Program-made: the position numbers and the translations under genes
Shown: positions 25,183 through 32,000 of the stretch, in pieces
Numbering within the stretch: the stretch's first letter is position 1
How the letters are laid out: the number at the start of each line of letters is the position of its first letter
NCBI GenBank assembly: GCA_022646745.1
Contig: CP060262.1
Location: forward strand, 1,980,001-2,012,000
Direction: 5' to 3'
Source: Planctomycetales bacterium
GTDB lineage: Bacteria > 4484-113 > JAFGCY01
DNA: 32,000 nt
The notes under the pieces: generated by a model
The model's input: only the letters and a program-made list of their open reading frames with translations
Databases searched by the model: none
What the model was told of the DNA's origin: nothing

Positions 25183-25202
25183 TGCGATACCATTAAAGTA
25201 GC

Positions 25203-26450
25203 TTGCTCTCATCCAAGTTCACAGTGCATTCGGTGGTGTTCCTGTTCCTCACCCTGTTCACGGTCGTCGTGGCCTGGGTTTTCAGGAACCCGCTGCTCGT
25301 GTACACCGCCGTGTTCCTCGTGGTCACGAACTTCGTGCTCTACATCTGGGCGCAGTACTCCGTGAACGGGATGAAGGTCGAGCGCCGCCACCCGCCGCAT
25401 GTGATGGCCGGGCGTGAGGCCGAGGTCGAGGTGCTCTTGGAGAACACCCGCACCACCGCGCGCTACGGCACGATGGGTTTCGACATCCACGCCAAGCTGG
25501 TGCCCGGCAAGGAGTACACCCCGGTGGCCTTCCTGTCGGCCCCGCCCGGTGAGAAGGTGCTCTCCAGCTACCGCGTCACCCCGGCGCGGCGCGGGGTGTA
25601 CGAGCTCGGCCCGTTCTTCCTCTACGGCGGCGACCCCTTCGGCTTCTACAAGTGCTGGCGCAAGCTGCGCGTGCCGACGGAGCTCGTGGTGCTGCCGGAC
25701 CCGGTGCCCTTCCGCTTCCGCCAGCCACCCTCGGCCTCGATGCTTGCCCAGGACGAGCTGGAGACGCAGCCGCTGGCCGGCGAGAGCAGCGAGTTCCTCG
25801 GGGTGCGCGAGTATGTCTCCAGCGACCCGATGAAGCGCGTGCACTGGATGAGCAGTGCGCGCCACGGCAAGCTGATCACGAAGCAGCATGAGATGAACGT
25901 TGCCAGTTCGATCTCGGTGCTGCTGATCTCCGACGAGGCGATGTGGCAGGGCATCGGGCACAACTGCCCGGTCGAGTTCGCGATCCGGATGGTTGCCAGC
26001 CTGGCCTATGCCAGCTGCTTCAACCGCTTCAAGCTGCACTACCTCGCGCTGATGGGTGACAACTACGAGAGCCAGGCCGGCAACGGCCAGGGCTTCTTCC
26101 GCGAGCTGTCCATCCGGCTGGCGCGGCTCAGCGGGCGCGGCGCGATCAACTGGGACCACAGCGGCAAGGTGGTGCTTGGCTACCTGCCGGCGGGCTCGAG
26201 CCTCGTGATCCTCACGATGGACCTCGGCCAGAGCAGCCGCCAGCGCTTCCGCAACATGGCGGCGCGCTACCGCAGCGTGGTGGTCGTCACCTTCAACGCC
26301 GAGAGCTTCCGCAAGATGCAGCCCGCTGAGCGGCCCGGCCCGCGCCTGAGCTTCGGCGAGGGCTACCTGATCCTCGAGGTGTTCTACGGCGACGACCTCG
26401 GTGCCACGCTCGAGCAGATCAACGAGAAGTCGATGGTGGTGGTGCGCTGA
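25203..26450 (+). CDS. DUF58 domain protein (MoxR-associated, vWA-like)
   Basis: Two N-terminal TM helices and the DUF58 hallmark REYVSSDPMKRVHWMSSARHGKLITKQ. The start is uncertain (TTG 25203 or GTG 25222) and no SD is visible. Confidence 0.85.
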   Translation: MLSSKFTVHSVVFLFLTLFTVVVAWVFRNPLLVYTAVFLVVTNFVLYIWAQYSVNGMKVERRHPPHVMAGREAEVEVLLENTRTTARYGTMGFDIHAKLVPGKEYTPVAFLSAPPGEKVLSSYRVTPARRGVYELGPFFLYGGDPFGFYKCWRKLRVPTELVVLPDPVPFRFRQPPSASMLAQDELETQPLAGESSEFLGVREYVSSDPMKRVHWMSSARHGKLITKQHEMNVASSISVLLISDEAMWQGIGHNCPVEFAIRMVASLAYASCFNRFKLHYLALMGDNYESQAGNGQGFFRELSIRLARLSGRGAINWDHSGKVVLGYLPAGSSLVILTMDLGQSSRQRFRNMAARYRSVVVVTFNAESFRKMQPAERPGPRLSFGEGYLILEVFYGDDLGATLEQINEKSMVVVR

Positions 26451-29032
26451 TGAGTGCCAACGGCGTCGGCAGGCGCAGGGAGACGCTCGACATGACGGTC
26501 GCGCTGGACCGCGAGCCGCGCTTCCGCATGCTGCTCTATGTGTTCAGCTACCTCGCCGGTGTGACCGCATTGCAGATCCTGCACCTGACCGTTGACAACC
26601 TGCCACTGAACCTGTTCCTGAGTGGCTCGCTGACGCTGGCCTTCCTCGTCAGCTACTTCCTGCAGCCGCGCTTCCGCCCGCTGGCGACCTACATCGTGTC
26701 CTTCGCCAGCTTCGGCATCTCGCTGTACTACTTCAACCAGATCCGCGAGGACCCCAACAGCCTCGGCGCCGTGCTCGGCATCCTCGGCGGCCTGCTGATG
26801 GTGCTTTTGTCATTCAAGGCCTTCGCCCCGGGGGACCACCGCTTCATCCTGATGTTCAGCGTGGTGTTCCTGATCTTCTCGAGCGTCGCCAGTTACGACC
26901 TGAAGTTCATGCTGCTCCTGCCGGTGTTCCTGACCTTCGCCGGCAGTGCGCTGTACATCGCCAACCAGATCGACGTGGCGGTGCGCGTGGAGGGCACCAC
27001 CGGCTCGCCGTATTCGCCGAAGTCGCGCACGCGCTTCGGCTTCCTGTGGATCCTGCTGAGGGCCGTTTTCGGCATCATCCTCCTGTCGGTGATCGTGTTC
27101 ATCATGATGCCGCAGGGTGGTGGCAGCGGGCAGAGCGTGGCGCTCAGTCCGGCCCCGCAGGTCGATGAGGACCGCCAGGACCAGGCGAATGACAAGCCCG
27201 AGGAACAGCAGCAGCAGGGCAAGGGTGGCGATGCCCAGACCGGCATCAGTGACAACTTCGACCTGTCCGACGGCAGCCGGCTGACGGATGACACCACCGA
27301 GGTGCTGAAACTGCAGAAGACCAACCGGGCCTACTACCTGCGCGCCAAGGTGTTCGATGTCTACACCGGCAGCGGCTGGGTCGAGTCGGACTTCATGCAG
27401 GGCCGGCCCGGCACCAACAACCCGCTGTTCCTGACCACTGACAACACGGACACCAACAACTTCACCTACGACTCCTACCCGGTGCCTGTGCTGGACTTCC
27501 CCAGTCCTAGCAACTACCGAAGCACCAAGAAGGACGGCTGGCTGGCGATCAACGGCGAGCAGGTCAAGTACATGAGGACTGACGAACTGATGGGGATCGG
27601 TTTGACAGGTCTGTCCCTCAACCAGAATGAGGACCTCAGCTTCAGCAAGCTGCGATACGAGATCAGCCTGATGGAGCCATTTGACAACGCAATATTCCTT
27701 TCGATCTTCGAGCCATTCCGCATCGAGAACATTTCCACCGGCAAGAAGTCAGCTCAACCCTACGATACGCCTGCCTTGACGATGGGCAGCACACTCGTGT
27801 CTGGCACGGGCCGCAGCGGACATCCGAGCAAGTTTACATACACAATAGAGTCTCTCGAGCATAAGCGCACCGAATCGGAACTGCAACAGGTCTACAGTGA
27901 CCCCCCTTCATACATTAGGGCCTGGTACACACAGCTGCCCCTGTACCCAATCGGTTTGTCTCCGGATTTCATCGGGCCCCGCCAGAGCGAGTACCAGATA
28001 CCTGCAGACGATCCTGACAGCAGGTCCGGCAAGCAGTTCCTCGATCCGGCGACGGCGGAATACCTGAATATTACGAATGACAACTACCGACTAATAACGG
28101 ACAAGCTGAAGAACTTCGCGCGCACCTTCGAAACGAACCCAAGGAATCCTGATGTTCCTTACACACCATGGGAACGCGTGCAAGCAATAAAGGATTACTT
28201 CGATGATCCAGCAAACAAGTTCGTGTATTCCCGCCAGTTCGAGGCTCCGGTCGGAGACCAGGAAATCACCGAGGCCTTCTGCCTCGGCACCAGGCAGGGT
28301 TACTGCCGCTACTTCTCATCCGCGATGGCCGTGCTGTGCCGGCTCAATGGCGTGCCGGCGCGCGTCGTCACCGGCTACAGCCCCGGTGAGTACAGTCTCG
28401 TGGAGAATGCCTACGTCTACCGCGCCAGCAATGCGCACGCCTGGGTCGAAGTCTACATCGACGGCCACGGCTGGATCGAGGTCGACCCGACACCGGCCAG
28501 CCAGGACTGGTCCAACCAACCGGAGGCCAGCAAGTGGTTTGCCAACCTGATCGGCTTCCTGCAGGACCTGTTCATCATCGACCCGGCCCGCACCCAGGAA
28601 CTGATCATCGAGGCCATCAAGGATGCCTGGGCCTGGGCGATGAAGCACTGGCTTGGCAGCCTGCTGGTGCTGCTGGCAATCGCGGCGGTCATCGGGCTGT
28701 TCCTCTTGTTCAAGCGCGGCATCTTCCACCGCCGTCCGCCGCCGATCGTGCCGGAGAACTCCGTGGTCGAGGCCTATGTGCGCATCAGTGGCCAGCTTGA
28801 CCGGCTCGGCGTGCACCGAGAGGGCGGCATGACGCCGCGCGCGCAGATGATGCAGGCCTCCTCGCGCTATGGCGACCTGGCAACATCGCTCGGCGGGCTG
28901 ATCCCGGTCTATGAGCGGGCGGCCTACGGCCTGCAGGGGCTTGAGGACGGCGATGTGGATGTTGCCAACCGGGCGGTGCAGGCGGTGGAGGACTTCGTGC
29001 GTGATGAGCTGGCACGCCGGAGGCAGCGTTGA
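26450..29032 (+). CDS. membrane transglutaminase-like protein (TgpA-type: multi-TM N-domain, transglutaminase core, C-terminal TM)
   Basis: Catalytic triad context: GYCRYFSSAMAVL (Cys), NAHAWVEVYIDG (His), WIEVDPT (Asp). Several N-terminal TM helices. The ATG overlaps the DUF58 TGA (TGATG). Confidence 0.9.
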   Translation: MSANGVGRRRETLDMTVALDREPRFRMLLYVFSYLAGVTALQILHLTVDNLPLNLFLSGSLTLAFLVSYFLQPRFRPLATYIVSFASFGISLYYFNQIREDPNSLGAVLGILGGLLMVLLSFKAFAPGDHRFILMFSVVFLIFSSVASYDLKFMLLLPVFLTFAGSALYIANQIDVAVRVEGTTGSPYSPKSRTRFGFLWILLRAVFGIILLSVIVFIMMPQGGGSGQSVALSPAPQVDEDRQDQANDKPEEQQQQGKGGDAQTGISDNFDLSDGSRLTDDTTEVLKLQKTNRAYYLRAKVFDVYTGSGWVESDFMQGRPGTNNPLFLTTDNTDTNNFTYDSYPVPVLDFPSPSNYRSTKKDGWLAINGEQVKYMRTDELMGIGLTGLSLNQNEDLSFSKLRYEISLMEPFDNAIFLSIFEPFRIENISTGKKSAQPYDTPALTMGSTLVSGTGRSGHPSKFTYTIESLEHKRTESELQQVYSDPPSYIRAWYTQLPLYPIGLSPDFIGPRQSEYQIPADDPDSRSGKQFLDPATAEYLNITNDNYRLITDKLKNFARTFETNPRNPDVPYTPWERVQAIKDYFDDPANKFVYSRQFEAPVGDQEITEAFCLGTRQGYCRYFSSAMAVLCRLNGVPARVVTGYSPGEYSLVENAYVYRASNAHAWVEVYIDGHGWIEVDPTPASQDWSNQPEASKWFANLIGFLQDLFIIDPARTQELIIEAIKDAWAWAMKHWLGSLLVLLAIAAVIGLFLLFKRGIFHRRPPPIVPENSVVEAYVRISGQLDRLGVHREGGMTPRAQMMQASSRYGDLATSLGGLIPVYERAAYGLQGLEDGDVDVANRAVQAVEDFVRDELARRRQR

Positions 29033-29793
29033 GCCGCATCGTGTTCAATGCCGACGACTACGGCCTGACCGCCGGGGTCAGCCGCGGCATCCTGCAGGCC
29101 AGCGAGGGCGTGGTGCAGAGCACCACCGTAATGGCGAACCTCGTCAGCGAGCCTGACCTGCAGAACCTGATGGCAACCTCGATGACAGCCGGGATCCACC
29201 TCAACCTCTCGCTCGGCCGGCCGCTCAGTGACAACTACCCGGCACAGCTGCTGGATGGCGAGGGCCGTTTCCTGAAGTCGCTGGCCCTGGATGAGGACAC
29301 CTGGCGGGATGTGGAGTTGCGGCGGGCTGTCGCCATGGAGTGGACTGCGCAGTTCGAACTGCTGAAGCGCCGCAACCTGGAGATCTCCCACATTGACAGC
29401 CACCACCACACGCACATGCTCGGGCCGCTGTTCCCGATGGCGCTGGAAATGGCAGTGGGCTTCGGCCTGCCGCTCCGGTGCCGCAGTGAATACCGCGGCC
29501 TGGCGGAGCCGGCGGGCGTGGCCGGGCCAGAGGTGCTGATCGAGGGCTACTTCGGCACTGGCAACATTTCGCGGGACAGCCTGCTCGGGATGCTGGAAGT
29601 GTTTCGCGGAAGACACGTCGAAGTGATGTGCCATCCCGGCTGCGTGGACGACGAGCTGCGGGTAATCTCTTCCTACGTGGATGAGCGCGGCGAGGAGCTC
29701 AGCGTGCTGGGGGATCCCGCGCTCAGGCGGCAACTGGAGGAGGACGGATGGACGGTCAGCGGCTATTCACTGCGGCAGCCCTCATCGGCCTGA
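29029..29793 (+). CDS. YdjC/ChbG-family carbohydrate deacetylase
   Basis: IVFNADDYGLT and HIDSHHHTHML motifs. The TTG start overlaps the transglutaminase TGA (TTGA at 29029-29032). Confidence 0.85.
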   Translation: MSRIVFNADDYGLTAGVSRGILQASEGVVQSTTVMANLVSEPDLQNLMATSMTAGIHLNLSLGRPLSDNYPAQLLDGEGRFLKSLALDEDTWRDVELRRAVAMEWTAQFELLKRRNLEISHIDSHHHTHMLGPLFPMALEMAVGFGLPLRCRSEYRGLAEPAGVAGPEVLIEGYFGTGNISRDSLLGMLEVFRGRHVEVMCHPGCVDDELRVISSYVDERGEELSVLGDPALRRQLEEDGWTVSGYSLRQPSSA

Positions 29794-32000
29794 TCCTGCT
29801 CGCAGCCTGCGGCGGGGGCGGCAGCACTGCGCAGCTGGCAACGGCTGATGCTGCGGCAACCGGGCAGGGCAGGCTCGACGCGGAATTCCTGCGCAGCCAG
29901 TCCGGCATCTCGATTGATGGCCTGGGCTTTTACCGGCTGGACCGCAATATGCATGTGCTGCGCGACTGGCAGGGGATCGAAGTGCATGGCAGCCTCGCAG
30001 CTGGCTTCCAGCTTGACTGCAGTGCCGCCACTCCGGATGACATCTTCCTCGCGATCAGCTATGACGACGATGCGCTGCAGCTGGACAGTGCCCTGCTCAC
30101 TGCTGAAGCCAGCGATGGCAACCTGATCCTTGCAGTGACCCGCCGCATCGAGGATGTGACCCTCGTCGGGATCACCCGCACGCGCGAGCACGGCACGCAG
30201 CGTCAGGCGATGACACTGGCCGATGTGCGTTTCCGCGCCGGCAGCGAACGGATATGGCGCGACCTGAGCCTTGTCAATGAGGACCCAAAAAGTGCTGTGG
30301 AGATGGCCGTTTCTTCAGTCGATGCCAACAGCCTGACACTCGAATGGGATGAGCGCAACATCGGTGACTATGACAACAACGGACTGGTCAGCATCTCCGA
30401 CATCACGCCGATAGGCCTGCTGTTCCAGCAGACGCTCAGCAGCCATGATCCACCGGAAGAAGTGGTGCTCGTTGATGGTGATGGCAACGGTGAAGTGAAC
30501 CTGGCGGACCTGACGCCGATCGCACGCAACTTCAACCGGGGCATCACCGGGTTCGTTGTGAACAGATTCGAGGGCCTGACGGATGACCCGCAGGATTTCG
30601 AAGATGTGCCGCAGCTGCTGGAGCTGCGGGCGAATGTTTACGGCATCGCCAGTCCCGCCGAGAAGCGCCAGCGCCTGCACTATGTGGCGAGCATCAGCAA
30701 GCCGCCGGTGCAGTCCCTCAGCCTGGCGGTCCGGGCATTTGACGATGACATGAACCTCGGTCCATTCAGCAATGTTGTCAGTCTGGAACTGCTGCCGGAT
30801 AACCTCAAGCCTGTGTTCCAGGATAGTTTCTGGAGCCAGAACCAGGTCAATGGGGTGCTGCTGCACCTGCCGATTGCCGTTGATCCCGAAGGGGAAGAGG
30901 TCAGCTACACATTGACCTACCGGCGGGAACTCGATCCTGCCGTGACCGAATTCGAAGACATCCCGCTCAGCGGCGAAACCAGCCATGAATATCCGCTTAC
31001 CGGCCTGGTGCGCGGCTCAGAGTATTCATTCACCCTCACAGCGTCTGATGAAAGCGGGCTGGAAAACTCCATTGGTGAAAGTACGCAGATTCCGACATTC
31101 GACCCTGACCTGCCTGACCGCTGGGACAACATCGGAGCTGACCAGGCCCGGACAGGGAGCCTGATTGCCTGCAAGCTGCATGAGCCGCTGTTCATGGATA
31201 TCGAACTGGAGCTTGAGCCCGGGGACACCATGCGCAGGAATGAAGTTGCATTTTCCTCGAATGACAATCTCTTGTATGCGAAGGGTGAGGAGAAGTGGCA
31301 TTTCATCTTCAAGGACGGGGAGAACTCTGAAGTCCAACGTGGTATCTACGGCAGCGGCCCCTTCCTGCCATCCCTGACACAGACGTTCAACAGCATCTAC
31401 ATGTTGGCAACAGACGGCCAGTCCGCCTGGCGCTCACGCCTCCCGGATCTGGTCTATGAGCTGGAAGTGGAGAACGCTGGCCAGCCCCTGATGATGGGTG
31501 AGCTGATGTTCATCGGCAGGCCGGATGGCAGCATCCACCTGCAGAACTACCATGGCAGTGAGATTGTGCTGTCAACGTCCACCGGGTCGCCTTCATTGTC
31601 AATCTCCAGCGATGGCGACGTCGTGTACCAGCTCTGCGAGGATGGCACGCTGCGGCGCTTTGCCCAGCCATTCTTCGAGGATGTGCAGGGCGCCAGCCTG
31701 CCGCTGCCGCAAGCCGGCAGCAGCCTGGTCCATTTAAGTTCAGTCGATGCACTGGCGGTGGCATTGCCTGATGGAAACTTCACGGTCCGCAGTGCGACTG
31801 ACCTCTCGGAAGTCCATACAAGTGATGCAGCCGATGGCAGTTCCGCCACCTGCCTGGCGGCTGTGCAGTGGACGGATCCACCGATGCTGCTGCTCGGTGA
31901 ATCGGACAGCGGCAACGGCAGGCTGCGTGCAGTGTCAATGGACGACTGGTCCGTTCTCTGGGATGAACCCGTGCAGGTGGAAACGATCTCAGCTTCCGCT
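29748..32000 (+). CDS. lipoprotein with a dockerin-type repeat pair, FN3-like domain and propeller-like C-terminal region; 3' end outside window (not in supplied ORF track)
   Basis: My own translation gives 751 codons with no stop from ATG 29748 to the window end. AGGAGG lies 4 nt upstream. Lipobox in MDGQRLFTAAALIGLILLAACGG. Dockerin-like repeats are GDYDNNGLVSISDITPIG (30363-30416) and DGDGNGEVNLADLTPIARNF (30474-30533). Paralogous to 22180-24819. Confidence 0.82.
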   Translation, partial: MDGQRLFTAAALIGLILLAACGGGGSTAQLATADAAATGQGRLDAEFLRSQSGISIDGLGFYRLDRNMHVLRDWQGIEVHGSLAAGFQLDCSAATPDDIFLAISYDDDALQLDSALLTAEASDGNLILAVTRRIEDVTLVGITRTREHGTQRQAMTLADVRFRAGSERIWRDLSLVNEDPKSAVEMAVSSVDANSLTLEWDERNIGDYDNNGLVSISDITPIGLLFQQTLSSHDPPEEVVLVDGDGNGEVNLADLTPIARNFNRGITGFVVNRFEGLTDDPQDFEDVPQLLELRANVYGIASPAEKRQRLHYVASISKPPVQSLSLAVRAFDDDMNLGPFSNVVSLELLPDNLKPVFQDSFWSQNQVNGVLLHLPIAVDPEGEEVSYTLTYRRELDPAVTEFEDIPLSGETSHEYPLTGLVRGSEYSFTLTASDESGLENSIGESTQIPTFDPDLPDRWDNIGADQARTGSLIACKLHEPLFMDIELELEPGDTMRRNEVAFSSNDNLLYAKGEEKWHFIFKDGENSEVQRGIYGSGPFLPSLTQTFNSIYMLATDGQSAWRSRLPDLVYELEVENAGQPLMMGELMFIGRPDGSIHLQNYHGSEIVLSTSTGSPSLSISSDGDVVYQLCEDGTLRRFAQPFFEDVQGASLPLPQAGSSLVHLSSVDALAVALPDGNFTVRSATDLSEVHTSDAADGSSATCLAAVQWTDPPMLLLGESDSGNGRLRAVSMDDWSVLWDEPVQVETISASA

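Noticed and set aside
24902-25201. 99-aa alternate-frame ORF overlapping the small lipoprotein gene
   Set aside because: It has no SD or signal features. The 24853 frame has both an SD and a lipobox.
25209-26159. 316-aa minus-strand ORF
   Set aside because: It is antisense to the DUF58 gene and has Arg/Ala/Gly/His-rich shadow-frame composition.
28924-29733. 269-aa minus-strand ORF
   Set aside because: It is antisense to the ydjC gene, which carries diagnostic NADDYG and HIDSHHH motifs.
30315-30986. 223-aa minus-strand ORF (and 30917-31312, 31026-31337, 31547-31915)
   Set aside because: These are antisense to the long unlisted plus-strand lipoprotein frame starting at 29748, which has lipobox, dockerin and FN3 features.
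1-32000. tRNA, rRNA or tmRNA genes
   Set aside because: No T-loop GGTTCGAATCC-like or other diagnostic motif was seen in any intergenic region on visual scan. This is not an exhaustive covariance search.

Overview
High-GC (about 60-65%) bacterial chromosomal segment. Genes are tightly packed, Shine-Dalgarno sites are clear, and several gene junctions overlap as TGATG or TTGA. Housekeeping genes recognised by motif: NUDIX hydrolase, citrate synthase, galactokinase, sugar-1-P nucleotidyltransferase, L-aspartate dehydrogenase, RuvX, M42 aminopeptidase, flavin reductase, MoxR ATPase, DUF58, membrane transglutaminase and YdjC deacetylase. Accessory content: a 1612-aa secreted multidomain protein; three paralogous lipoproteins, two with dockerin-type repeats, one of which (29748 to window end) is missing from the supplied ORF track; and a low-GC REP-associated tyrosine transposase (RAYT) flanked by its REP hairpins. 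There is also a second, unrelated family of short hairpins centred on CCATGG. Two copies differ only by compensatory stem changes, and one is half-duplicated over the start codon of the giant gene. Other features are a repeat-dense 340-nt intergenic region, a (CTGYTT)14 microsatellite and a C-tract able to form a G4/i-motif. The best novelty candidates are: (1) the translationally coupled secreted glycosidase/zincin-like protein, GalK and NDP-sugar pyrophosphorylase module; (2) the CCATGG hairpin family and its start-codon mimic; (3) a moxR-DUF58-transglutaminase operon interrupted by a compositionally mosaic lipoprotein cassette. All calls rest on motif recognition by eye; no searches were run. 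No tRNA, rRNA or CRISPR array was seen.
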